63,829 bases of DNA from NCBI GenBank assembly GCA_013202385.1, contig JABMOT010000130.1:1-63829 (forward strand). The letters are read 5' to 3'. Numbering within the stretch: the stretch's first letter is position 1; each line of letters starts with the position of its first letter. The position numbers and the translations under genes are program-made. Below are positions 18,525 to 28,562 of this stretch, piece by piece. The notes under the pieces were generated by a model. It was not told the DNA's origin, searched no databases, and saw only the letters and a program-made list of their open reading frames with translations. Source of the stretch: Fidelibacterota bacterium. GTDB taxonomy: Bacteria; Fidelibacterota; UBA8477; JABMPR01.

Positions 18525-21500
18525 GTGAAAAGACCAAACCTTATCCTGAAAATATCCCTAATTCTCAATGCTCTGGTAGCCCTGCCTCTCGTGGCTCAAG
18601 ATCTGGTAATCAATGAATTCATGGCCTCAAATGTCGGAAGTTATCCCGAGATGTATGACTTTGGGGATTACAATGATTGGATAGAATTATATAATAATAC
18701 ACCTGTACCCATTAATCTGGAAAATTATTTCCTCTCTGACGACGAGCAAGCCCCCTTAAAATGGAAATTTCCAGCTAACGCCACCCTTGCAACCCATGCC
18801 TATTTACTTATTTGGGCTGATGGATATAATGAAGTTCCAGGGAGTCCCTATGTCCGGGATACCTGGCCCTGGGAAAGCTATACCACCCAACATTACCATA
18901 CGAATTTCAAACTGAGTCAAAGTGGCGAGGATCTTGTGCTTTCACGGGCTGATATAGGCGAAAGCCTTGTCCTTGTTGCTGCAGAGTCACCATGGAAATA
19001 TCTGGACGACGGTTCAGACCAGGGATCCGCCTGGACCGATCCAGATTTTGATGATATTTCCTGGAATTCCGGTTTGGCAGAACTAGGCTATGGTGACGGA
19101 GACGAAACAACAGTGATAGGTTTTGGATCTGATGGATCAAACAAATACACCACCAGCTATTTCAGGAAAGCTTTTACACTGGATTTTCCGGAAAACGTCC
19201 AGTCCCTCTCACTCGCTTTAAAACGTGATGATGGTGCCGTCGTCTATTTGAACGGGACTGAAGTCCTTAGATCCAATATGCCAGAAGGTGATATAGGCTA
19301 TGTAACTCCGGCCAGCTCTGCAGTGGCTTCCGGTGATGAATCAACCTTTTTTAACTACACGCTAGACGCCACTGAACTCAGAGCTGGTGAAAATCTGATT
19401 GCCGTTGAAATTCATCAAGTGAGCGGGACCAGTTCCGATGTGAGTTTTGATCTGGAACTCCTTGGCGTGAATTACCAAAATACTGAACTTGTGGATATGA
19501 TCAGCTACACCGAACAGCTTACAGACGTCTCATTTGGGAGACGCCCCGAGGACAATAGCTGGGCATTTTTTGGTGAGCCAACTCCGGAATCAGGCAATTC
19601 CACGCCTGCTGCGTCCTCTTTCGAAATATCCACTCCAGTGTCGGCATCCCTGGAAAGCGGTTTTTATTCAGGTTCACAGTCGCTGCAGCTTTCAACCAGT
19701 TCACCCTCTGCAGAAATTCGGTTCACTTTGGATGGGAATCGACCATCGAGTAGCTCCGACCTCTATACGGGTCCCATTACCCTCAACACCACAAGTGTTG
19801 TCAAGGCCAGATCCTTTGAAAGCGGTTCGCTGCCAGGTCCCATTATCGTCGCAAGTTACTTTATTGACGAACAGAGCTTTTTACCCACTATTTCCCTCAT
19901 CGCCGAACCACCTACCCTATGGGATTCGAATATCGGCATCTACGAAAATGAGTACAAGCAACGTGAGATTCCGGTGAGCATTGATTATTTCACCCCAGAC
20001 GAAGAGCCTGGTTTCAGTGTTTCGGCAGGCGCCCGCCTGGGAGGGATGAATATCTGGACCAAACCCCAGAAGCCATTTACAATTTATATGCGGAACCGTT
20101 TTGGCGACGATCTGATCAATTATCAACTTTTCCCATCTAAGACCATTACCGATTTTTCAAGAATTGTCTTTCGAAATGGTGGTGACGATTGGGAAGAGAC
20201 ACTAATCCGGGATCCCATGACTGAAAGTCTGGTTAACGGGGTGATGGAATGTCAATACATGGCGTATCAACCCTCTGCCCTATTCCTTAATGGTACTTAC
20301 TGGGGTATTTATAATATCCGTGAGAAATTTGATACGCGTTATTTTTTCGAAAATTATGGCGCAGATCCGTCAAACATTGATCATCTGGAGTACGCGGCTA
20401 CCCCTCCAGGGACCCGGCTACAGGTCATTGAAGGTGATCTCGACAACTATAATTCGTTGATATCTTTTATACAGAGCAACGATTTGAATCAACCAGAACT
20501 GTATGCTGAGCTGGAAGCTTTGATGAATATTGATGGGTTTATTGATCATGTTGCAATGACTCTGTATTGTGCCAATACCAGTTGGGGTCACAACCGTGAA
20601 TGGTGGCGACCCAGAACTGAGGGCGGGAAATGGCAATGGCTCATCGTGGATCTAGATCGTGGATTTAATCCAGTTAACCTTAACAACAACCTCCTGGATA
20701 ACCTGCTAAGCGATTATCTGCTTTTTCAGTATCTCATGGAGGGTCAGATTTTCAGGGATCGATTTCTACAGCGGACAGCGGCACATCTGAACAGTACTTT
20801 CCGGTATGCCAGAGTGAGCAACATTGTTGATAGCCTAAATACCGGTATTGCTGCAGAGATGCCCCGACATATAGATAGATGGGGCGGTTCCGGTAGCGTA
20901 TCCTCCATGAGTTATTGGGAAGGCCAACTGGAAGATATTAAGTCATTTGCTCAGAGTCGACCTGGAATCCTGTTCAACCAGTTTGACTCCGAATTGGGAT
21001 TGAATGGGACAATCCAACTTTCAGTGGCTGCTGAACCTCCAGGGGCTGGAAATTTCTTCATAAATAGTGTCCCACTTAAGAATCCGGCAGAATCTGGATC
21101 GTATTTTAAGGATGCTCCCCTGGTGCTGCAGGCGATTCCGGCACCGGGGTATCATTTTGTAGGGTGGACGAATCTTTCTAATTCAGCCTCACTCCTATAT
21201 GAGTGCCAGGTAGATACTTCTTTTATCGCCATGTTCCAATTGTCCGAAGAACTAATTCTCCCCCAAATCATTACTGAGAACACCTTGCTAACAGCAGTCC
21301 AACCCTACATTGTGGTTGAAGATTTGAGGGTGGAGCCAGGAGTCACCCTGACAGTGAGCGAGGGTGTTGAAATCAGGATGCATGATGGCAGTAATATTAT
21401 TGTTGAAGGACAGCTCATCATCAATGGCAGTTTGACCAGTCCAGTTAACATTATTGCCAACGCTGCTGCAGGGGCCAGCCGTTGGGGTGGCATTTCTTTT

Positions 21501-23165
21501 TCCAGCGAGTCTGATACTTCGAAAATAATCCACGCGAACATACGAGGTGCCTCAAGGGGAATTAACCCGCTAATCCATCGCGGGGCCATTTCGGCCAAAG
21601 ATAGCCATTTGCAACTGGATCATGTGGATCTTAGAGATATTGAGTTCCCAATCTATATAGAAGGTGGCTCATCCAGCATTTCAAATTGCACAATCAGATC
21701 GGACCAAATCTGCGATTTCATCAATGTGAAACGCGGTGTCACCCGGATAGACAATTGCACGTTCTATGGTGCTGATGCACCAGATACAGACGCAATTGAT
21801 CTTGATGGCGTTACAGACGGCATTGTTTCAAATAATCGCATTTACAATTTTGCAGGTTATAACTCTGATGGCATCGATATTGGTGAAGCCACCCAGGGTG
21901 TGCTACTCACCTCAAATCTGATCTATCATTCTTCTGACAAAGGCATTTCTGTTGGTCAGGATTCCTATGTTATCATCGACCGCAATGTGATTGTGGGATG
22001 TGTACTTGGCGTTGCGATAAAGGATAATTCAAGCGCTCTCATATCAAATAACACCTTTTACAACAACCACAACAGCGTGTTCTGTTTTGAGAAAAATGAA
22101 GGAGCAGGTGGCGGTACTGCCGAAGTTGTCAACTCCATCATGGCAGGAAGTTTGGTTGCCTCAATTTACGCGGATCAATTCTCTTCAATTTCTGTCCGAT
22201 ATTCACTCTCAAGTACAGATCTTATCCCCGGAAATGGCAATCTTTACCTGAATCCCCTATTTGTTGATCAATCAGTTTATAATCTTGAGTTGAATATAAA
22301 TTCACCAGCCATTGATGCCGGCGATCCAGGCTGGCCCCTGGACGAAGATGGCACCCTTGCTGATATTGGTGCCCATTACAGTTATGATATCGCCGACTAC
22401 CCCTTTGAGATTCCTGATCAATTTCTAGCTCAACTCACAATAAATGAACTGCTGGCCATCAATAATGCCACCAATGCAGATGAGGCAGGTCAATACGAGG
22501 ATTGGGTAGAAATATATAATCCGACCGACCAATCGTTAAATCTTGCGGGAATGTATTTAACGGATAATCCGGATAATCTCACCAAGTGGAGCTTCCCCCT
22601 TGGAGTGGCCGATCTTGAGCCTGGAGGCCACCTGCTGGTTTGGTGTGATGATGATGTCAACCAGGGGATTCTCCACGCAGCTTTCAAGCTGAGCGCTGGA
22701 GGCGAATTCCTGGCCCTGGTGAAGCATGATGGATTAGCCATCATAGATTCCATCAGTTTTGGTCCTCAAACCCCAGATATCGCCTATGGCAGGTCTCCCG
22801 ATGGGACAACCCAATGGATTGCCTTAGAGCCTACACCTGGGGCGTCTAACGGAAGTTCATCCCTAACATCGGCCACAGAAATACCCATGGAATTGCTCTT
22901 GCACCAAAATTATCCGAATCCCTTTAATCCAATCACAACTATACGGTATGACTTACCTGAATTTACCCATGTTCAAATATCAGTGTTTGACTTGAGAGGA
23001 AGAAGGGTAAGATCTTTGGTAAATGCTGAGCAATCTCCAGGATATAAATCCGTTCAATGGGATTCAGCCAATGATCATGGTGCACCGGTGGCAGCTGGAA
23101 TCTATTTTTATACGCTTCAAACCGATGCCAGCAGACAAACAAAAAAGATTGTCTTGTTAAAATAA
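18525..23165 (+). CDS. 1546-aa secreted multidomain protein: lamin-tail domain, CotH kinase-like domain, right-handed beta-helix, second lamin-tail domain, T9SS-type C-terminal domain
   Basis: GTG start after an AGGGGA RBS, then a signal peptide. LTD motifs are LVINEFMASN..WIELYNNT and LTINELLAINN..DWVEIYNPT. CotH-like segment: IDYFTPDEE..FRNGGDDWEE..LFLNGTYWGIYNIREKFD. Chitobiase-C-like segment: FTLDGNRPSSSS. Beta-helix repeats: NNRIYN, SNLIYHS, RNVIVG, NNTFYNN. The C-terminus is QNYPNPFNPITTIRY...IVLLK. Confidence 0.85.
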   Translation: MKRPNLILKISLILNALVALPLVAQDLVINEFMASNVGSYPEMYDFGDYNDWIELYNNTPVPINLENYFLSDDEQAPLKWKFPANATLATHAYLLIWADGYNEVPGSPYVRDTWPWESYTTQHYHTNFKLSQSGEDLVLSRADIGESLVLVAAESPWKYLDDGSDQGSAWTDPDFDDISWNSGLAELGYGDGDETTVIGFGSDGSNKYTTSYFRKAFTLDFPENVQSLSLALKRDDGAVVYLNGTEVLRSNMPEGDIGYVTPASSAVASGDESTFFNYTLDATELRAGENLIAVEIHQVSGTSSDVSFDLELLGVNYQNTELVDMISYTEQLTDVSFGRRPEDNSWAFFGEPTPESGNSTPAASSFEISTPVSASLESGFYSGSQSLQLSTSSPSAEIRFTLDGNRPSSSSDLYTGPITLNTTSVVKARSFESGSLPGPIIVASYFIDEQSFLPTISLIAEPPTLWDSNIGIYENEYKQREIPVSIDYFTPDEEPGFSVSAGARLGGMNIWTKPQKPFTIYMRNRFGDDLINYQLFPSKTITDFSRIVFRNGGDDWEETLIRDPMTESLVNGVMECQYMAYQPSALFLNGTYWGIYNIREKFDTRYFFENYGADPSNIDHLEYAATPPGTRLQVIEGDLDNYNSLISFIQSNDLNQPELYAELEALMNIDGFIDHVAMTLYCANTSWGHNREWWRPRTEGGKWQWLIVDLDRGFNPVNLNNNLLDNLLSDYLLFQYLMEGQIFRDRFLQRTAAHLNSTFRYARVSNIVDSLNTGIAAEMPRHIDRWGGSGSVSSMSYWEGQLEDIKSFAQSRPGILFNQFDSELGLNGTIQLSVAAEPPGAGNFFINSVPLKNPAESGSYFKDAPLVLQAIPAPGYHFVGWTNLSNSASLLYECQVDTSFIAMFQLSEELILPQIITENTLLTAVQPYIVVEDLRVEPGVTLTVSEGVEIRMHDGSNIIVEGQLIINGSLTSPVNIIANAAAGASRWGGISFSSESDTSKIIHANIRGASRGINPLIHRGAISAKDSHLQLDHVDLRDIEFPIYIEGGSSSISNCTIRSDQICDFINVKRGVTRIDNCTFYGADAPDTDAIDLDGVTDGIVSNNRIYNFAGYNSDGIDIGEATQGVLLTSNLIYHSSDKGISVGQDSYVIIDRNVIVGCVLGVAIKDNSSALISNNTFYNNHNSVFCFEKNEGAGGGTAEVVNSIMAGSLVASIYADQFSSISVRYSLSSTDLIPGNGNLYLNPLFVDQSVYNLELNINSPAIDAGDPGWPLDEDGTLADIGAHYSYDIADYPFEIPDQFLAQLTINELLAINNATNADEAGQYEDWVEIYNPTDQSLNLAGMYLTDNPDNLTKWSFPLGVADLEPGGHLLVWCDDDVNQGILHAAFKLSAGGEFLALVKHDGLAIIDSISFGPQTPDIAYGRSPDGTTQWIALEPTPGASNGSSSLTSATEIPMELLLHQNYPNPFNPITTIRYDLPEFTHVQISVFDLRGRRVRSLVNAEQSPGYKSVQWDSANDHGAPVAAGIYFYTLQTDASRQTKKIVLLK

Positions 23166-23239
23166 ATTAATTCAAAGAATTATTTTTTTTAGAGTCTGGT
23201 GACTCATCGTAGGATTTACTTCATTAAGCGTTGGAGAAA

Positions 23240-23298
23240 GTTGGTGGGTGCGCGGCTAGGATTGCCTGGTGTACGGAAGATACATTTCACCCACCAAC
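23240..23298. repeat. 11-bp perfect inverted repeat (GTTGGTGGGTG / CACCCACCAAC) with a 37-nt spacer in a convergent intergenic region
   Basis: Read directly: arms at 23240..23250 and 23288..23298, between the CotH gene stop (23165) and the response-regulator stop (23311). Confidence 0.55.
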
Positions 23299-23310
23299 TG
23301 GTTGTATTCG

Positions 23311-23718
23311 TTATCCACTCTCAGACGGCGGTATCTTGGCCGACAGAGGACTGGTTAATTCCAGAACTGTTTCGAGTAATTCGGTATGCTTGATCGGCTT
23401 CATGAGCGTTTTGTCCGCACCGAAAGCCTTTGCCCAGTTAAGACTTTCCGTGAGATGCATTTGCCCCCCACCCGAAATGGCGATAACCTTCAATTCTTTA
23501 TTGGTTTTCCGAATGGATCGGATGACTTCTAACCCATCCATGTTTGGCATAAAAATATCTGTAATCACCAAATCAACGCCAAAATCCTGGAGAATACTCA
23601 ATCCTTCGCGGCCATGGCTGGCTTCAACCACAGTGTAGCCTTTGCGGGATAATAAAGTATTTATGGCACTTCTGATGCTGCTATCATCCTCGATGACCAG
23701 AATAACTTTGTCGCTCAT
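23311..23718 (-). CDS. Stand-alone response regulator receiver (CheY-like)
   Basis: ILVIEDD...DLVITDIFMPNMDGLEVIR...VIAISGGG. I prefer the internal ATG at 23718 (MSDKVILV). The ORF extends to 23793. Confidence 0.8.
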   Translation of the reverse strand: MSDKVILVIEDDSSIRSAINTLLSRKGYTVVEASHGREGLSILQDFGVDLVITDIFMPNMDGLEVIRSIRKTNKELKVIAISGGGQMHLTESLNWAKAFGADKTLMKPIKHTELLETVLELTSPLSAKIPPSESG

Positions 23719-24119
23719 TGGTAAACCGATATCCTTAATTGGTCCAAAAGTAATTTCACTCATTAGCTTCCATAATGCCAATAAGTGTGCCATAATTCAT
23801 CTGATAGGTTAGATGATTGTAAATAAGGGATTTATGAAATTGTCACAGGTAACCAAGGTAGGAATTAATTTACACATTCCAGGATATATTGGCACATTTC
23901 TATTCAGGCTGGAGTTTGATTACCCCACACCCTTAACACTGTGTCGTCCATGTTTGCGATCCATTGCTGATAAATCTGCCTGTTCTGTATCCATTCAACA
24001 ATTCCTCCTTGTTTCGGATAAGGAATCACATTAAATAAGCATTCAAAAGTAATGGATTCGAGGTATCTACACATCTCAATTCTTTTGCATTGATCGATGT
24101 TGGTTCTGGCGATGCGTGA

Positions 24120-25598
24120 ATGGGAAACTCACGTTTTGCATTCATAAGCCCAACAAATATTATGAGTAACCATTTTTCGGAGACCTGGATGCCAACCTCT
24201 CAAGTTGCTGTACTGCCTAAAGATTTTGGGGACTCCACAGAGTACAAGCGTGATCTCGGCTTGCTTGAAGCGACCTCAATTGTTATAGGTCGGATTATCG
24301 GTTCGGGAATTTTCCGGACACCAGCACCCATTATGGCTTTGGTTGGATGTACTTCTCTGTTTGGTCTGGTTTGGTTACTTGGAGGTCTGGTAAGTATTTT
24401 TGGTGCCGTCGTCTATGCAGAATTGGCAGCAATGATGCCCCGTTCTGGTGGTCCCTACGTTTATCTAAAAATGGCCTACCACCCATTCTGGGCTTTTCTG
24501 CGTGGTTGGGCTATGTTTTTTGTCTCAGAAACCGCTTCTATCGCTGCCGTTGCATTAATTTTCGGTGAATACCTTAACGCCCTGTGGGCTATTGCTTTTG
24601 GTCAGACCTTTAGCCAAATCACACTTTACTTAATCGCTCTGATTACAATCTGGTTGCTTACTACAATCAATGTATTTGGTGTGAAGTTGAGTGGTAAAAT
24701 CCAGAATCTCTTTGGTGCGATCAAGGTTGTAGCCATTGGTGGTATAATAGGGGCAAGTTTTACCAGCTGGTCTACTGGATCCTTTTCAAATTTTGTAAAT
24801 CCTCTTTTACCCGAGACTTTCGATGGATCCACTTTCCTGGCAGTTGGTGCTGCTTTACGCTACGCCTTCTTTGCCTTTAGTGGTTGGGAAGGTGCCACTT
24901 ATATCGCAGAGGAAATAAAAAACCCTCGCAGAAACCTACCTCTCTCCCTGTTTATTGGAATTAGCGGCGTGATGGTTTTGTATCTTGGAGCAAATGCTGC
25001 CTACCTCTTCCAGTTGCCAGCCGAGAAGATTGCAGAATCAGACTGGGTTGCAACGGAGGCAATGAAAGTTGCTCTCGGCGCTACTGGAGGAATTCTGATT
25101 TCCTTTGCCGTTATGCTAAACACGTTTGGAAATGTTAGCACCCAGATTCTCTGCAAGGCTCGCTCTTGGCAGGCCATGGCCAGGGATGGTATGTTTTTTA
25201 AGAAATTTGCTGTGCTGAGTAAAAAGCATAAAACCCCAAATAATGCGCTTATTGGTCAGGGAATCTGGGCGACAGTGCTATTAACTTTTGCTGTCTCTGC
25301 TGCAAATTCATACGAGACAATCATTGATTTTTTCTCAGCAACCAGCACTGTTTTCAATTTGATGGTTTTTGGAGCGATTTTTATACTTAGGAAAAAATAT
25401 CCCGATGCACCCAGACCTTACAAAGCCTGGCTCTACCCCTGGAGTTTGATAATTGTCACCGTGATCTATGCAATCTTTTTTGTCATTACCCTGATGACAA
25501 CATTGATCCCCTCCCTGATTGGATTGGGATTGACAAGCACGGGGTCGATTTATTATTATTTTTATGTTTACAAGCGAAGTGTGGTAGTACAAGAATAA
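24120..25598 (+). CDS. APC-superfamily amino acid permease
   Basis: About 12 TM helices, with the N-terminal signature LGLLEATSIVIGRIIGSGIFRTP. An alternative start is the ATG at 24162. Confidence 0.85.
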   Translation: MGNSRFAFISPTNIMSNHFSETWMPTSQVAVLPKDFGDSTEYKRDLGLLEATSIVIGRIIGSGIFRTPAPIMALVGCTSLFGLVWLLGGLVSIFGAVVYAELAAMMPRSGGPYVYLKMAYHPFWAFLRGWAMFFVSETASIAAVALIFGEYLNALWAIAFGQTFSQITLYLIALITIWLLTTINVFGVKLSGKIQNLFGAIKVVAIGGIIGASFTSWSTGSFSNFVNPLLPETFDGSTFLAVGAALRYAFFAFSGWEGATYIAEEIKNPRRNLPLSLFIGISGVMVLYLGANAAYLFQLPAEKIAESDWVATEAMKVALGATGGILISFAVMLNTFGNVSTQILCKARSWQAMARDGMFFKKFAVLSKKHKTPNNALIGQGIWATVLLTFAVSAANSYETIIDFFSATSTVFNLMVFGAIFILRKKYPDAPRPYKAWLYPWSLIIVTVIYAIFFVITLMTTLIPSLIGLGLTSTGSIYYYFYVYKRSVVVQE

Positions 25599-25746
25599 GT
25601 CGTGGTTAACGACCGACCTAAAATCTGGCAGAAAACGACTTTCTGAGGAAAGATCATTTTCATCTGCAGCGATAGATTTTTCCTAAAGGATCTATCCAGA
25701 CATACGATACTCACAGTAAGTTAGTATTTCGAAATGAATAGGTACG

Positions 25747-28119
25747 ATGCCAAAATTTGATGAAAAAATTAATGATCTTGGATATATTCATCAGCAACTT
25801 GCTGATTTAATCAATTCTACCCCATCCCTATCCGCATTCTCTGAAAAAACATTTGATTTGCTCCTCAGGGATACTTCCATCAGTAGTGTTTCTCTCGTTC
25901 TTATAGATACTCAGATGGATATACTTTCTTTCCCTTTTTCCCATGGTGCTCACGAGAATATGAGAACACGTACGCTTCAAAGTGTCAATTCACCCCTTAA
26001 GGCCGTGATTCAGAAAAAGATCGGGCTGATGGTTAGCAGGAAGGACTATTTATCATATTGTGACGATAAATCATCCATTGAGACTATACCATTTTTATGG
26101 TTAGGATTCCCCGTATTCAAGGAAGGCCACTTATTCGCCGTTCTGGTATTTATCGCAAATAGCGAACAGAAAGCGAAATTACTTAAAAATCTATATCCCT
26201 CGCTCAAGAATTTCCCTGACATTTATTCAGCCTACCTTGAAACAAAAATTCGAATGGACACACTCCTTGGAAGTGAAGTTAAATTTCGTAGCCTGGTAGA
26301 GACATCCATTGATATCACTTTTCAGATAACTCGTAGTGGATATATCGATTATGTCAGCTCAAATGTGGAAACCCAGTTTGGCTGCGATCCCGAGGCGTTA
26401 ATCGGAAAGCACTTCAAGGTAACGACGCCCATGGAGCAAGTTTCCAAGGTCGTCGAAGCGTTAAAAAATATCGCCAAGGGTGAGACGGTCAGAAATCTGG
26501 GCATTACCCAGAAAATTAACTCTGGCGAATTGATTCCAATGGAAGTGAGTGCCAGTCCGATCTATCGAGACGGTGAAATTGTTGGGGCGCAGGGAACGAT
26601 GCGCGATATCAGCGAGCGCCATCAGGCCCAACAGGAAATCGAAAGACTCGCATTTTTCCCTCTGGCCAACCCAATGCCTGTTGTTGAGGTCGATCTGTAT
26701 GGAGTGCCCAGCTATATCAACCCGGCAGGTATACAGCTCCTTGATCGCATGAATTTAGATATGGGTCAGGTCTCAAATATTTTGCCCAGTGACTTTAAAT
26801 CGGATATTCGCTCAGCGCTTTCAGCAAAAAATCAAATCCCCTCTCGTGAAGTGTCTCTTGAGGGTCTCCATTTGCTGTGGACTGCATTTTTCCTGCAGAA
26901 CCAAAACCTACTGCATTATTACGCCACTGACATTACGAATTTGAAGCGGACTGAGATTGAACTTATTTCTGCCAAAGAAAGGGCGATAAGGAACGAGCAG
27001 GTCAAAACACTTTTCCTCGCCAATATGAGTCATGAGATCAGGACCCCCCTTAATTCTATTCTCGGATTCACAGAGTTAATTGAAGAAGAGGTTAAGGGTA
27101 AGTTTGACGCAAATCTCCAGGCTTATTTTGAGATTATACACGTCAGTGGAAAACGACTCTGGCAAACTGTGCATCAGATCCTGGACATATCTCAAATTGA
27201 AACAGGGACATTTGAGCTCAAAATTGAGAGCGTGAACTTAGGGGCTATTATCAAGGATCTGGGGACTTCATTTCGCTCAATTGCCGAACAAAAAAACATA
27301 AACCTGATGGTCAACGTCCCGGCCACGAACATGCAAATCATTTCCGATGAATATTGTGTGACTCAATCGATCTCAAACCTGATTGACAATGCAATTAAAT
27401 ACACCAATACAGGATACGTCAAGGTGAACATCGAGATCACTGATTCCTGCATCAAAGTGATCATAAAAGATACTGGTATTGGCATGTCAATGGAGTATCA
27501 GGAACAAATTTTCAAATCATTCTCGCAAGAGAGTACTGGATATACAAAGCATTTCCAGGGAGTCGGTCTTGGATTGGCGTTGGCTCACAGATATTTGAGT
27601 TTGATTAAAAGCACCATTGAAGTTGAGAGTGAACACGAAGTTGGCAGTACTTTTACTATCAGTTATCCGTTAACTCAGGTGAACGAATCGGCTGACACTA
27701 AACCGGTAAACCCGATCATGGATAAAGAGTTGGATGCTTCGGCTCATTTTCAGAACGAAAAGATGAATGTGCTGGTTGTCGAAGATGACCCAAATTCTCA
27801 AAAACTGGCTGGATTTACACTAAAAAATGACTTTACTCTATTTTTCGCCGAATCGGTGGTGGAGGCTAAGGAACAGTTGGCAAATCATGACATTCAATTG
27901 ATCCTTCTGGACCTTTCTTTGAAAGGCGACGAGGATGGACTTGATTTGGCAAGATTTGTGCGTAGCGATCCGAGATGGCAACTGACCCCCATAGTAGCAT
28001 TAACGGCTCATGCCTTTACTTCTGATCGGGATCGTTGTATTGACGCGGGCTGCAATGAATTCATGACCAAACCATTCCGGCGCCTAGAACTAATGGAAAC
28101 AATTAACAAATTAATATAG
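25747..28119 (+). CDS. Hybrid sensor histidine kinase/response regulator (GAF-like, PAS, HisKA, HATPase_c, REC)
   Basis: H-box FLANMSHEIRTPLNSILGF, N/G boxes DNAIKYT and DTGIGM..GVGLGLAL, and a C-terminal receiver VLVVEDD...LILLDLSL. Confidence 0.9.
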   Translation: MPKFDEKINDLGYIHQQLADLINSTPSLSAFSEKTFDLLLRDTSISSVSLVLIDTQMDILSFPFSHGAHENMRTRTLQSVNSPLKAVIQKKIGLMVSRKDYLSYCDDKSSIETIPFLWLGFPVFKEGHLFAVLVFIANSEQKAKLLKNLYPSLKNFPDIYSAYLETKIRMDTLLGSEVKFRSLVETSIDITFQITRSGYIDYVSSNVETQFGCDPEALIGKHFKVTTPMEQVSKVVEALKNIAKGETVRNLGITQKINSGELIPMEVSASPIYRDGEIVGAQGTMRDISERHQAQQEIERLAFFPLANPMPVVEVDLYGVPSYINPAGIQLLDRMNLDMGQVSNILPSDFKSDIRSALSAKNQIPSREVSLEGLHLLWTAFFLQNQNLLHYYATDITNLKRTEIELISAKERAIRNEQVKTLFLANMSHEIRTPLNSILGFTELIEEEVKGKFDANLQAYFEIIHVSGKRLWQTVHQILDISQIETGTFELKIESVNLGAIIKDLGTSFRSIAEQKNINLMVNVPATNMQIISDEYCVTQSISNLIDNAIKYTNTGYVKVNIEITDSCIKVIIKDTGIGMSMEYQEQIFKSFSQESTGYTKHFQGVGLGLALAHRYLSLIKSTIEVESEHEVGSTFTISYPLTQVNESADTKPVNPIMDKELDASAHFQNEKMNVLVVEDDPNSQKLAGFTLKNDFTLFFAESVVEAKEQLANHDIQLILLDLSLKGDEDGLDLARFVRSDPRWQLTPIVALTAHAFTSDRDRCIDAGCNEFMTKPFRRLELMETINKLI

Positions 28120-28139
28120 ATTTTGTTTTACAAGGATAA

Positions 28140-28559
28140 ATGATGATTTATAGGAGACCTCTCAAGAAACAGACATTACTCGTCGTTGAAGATGATTACA
28201 GCTCAAGGCTGCTGCTTAAACACTTGCTTCAAAAAATGAATATTGAGGTAATAGCCGCTGAAAGCGGTGAGGAAGCACTCGAATTGATGAAGGATAGAAG
28301 GGATGTATCTGGAATGTTGCTTGATATCGCACTTGGGAACGGTATAACGGGCCTCGAGCTTGGTGAACAACTCAAGTTAAAAGAGCAATTTAAGAATATT
28401 CCCATGGTGGCCGTTACAGCCTATGAAAGGCAACTTTTGGGCGATTACCAAGGGAAAGGTTTTACCGGCTATCTACAAAAGCCCTATTCTGCAGCAGAGC
28501 TTGGATCCATGCTTTCCTCACAATCACTTGGTAAAAATGGTCCTAAGCTGATCCTATAA
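28140..28559 (+). CDS. Stand-alone response regulator receiver
   Basis: LLVVEDDYSSR...MLLDIALG...VAVTAY...KP. AAGGA RBS upstream. Confidence 0.8.
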   Translation: MMIYRRPLKKQTLLVVEDDYSSRLLLKHLLQKMNIEVIAAESGEEALELMKDRRDVSGMLLDIALGNGITGLELGEQLKLKEQFKNIPMVAVTAYERQLLGDYQGKGFTGYLQKPYSAAELGSMLSSQSLGKNGPKLIL

Positions 28560-28562
28560 AGC

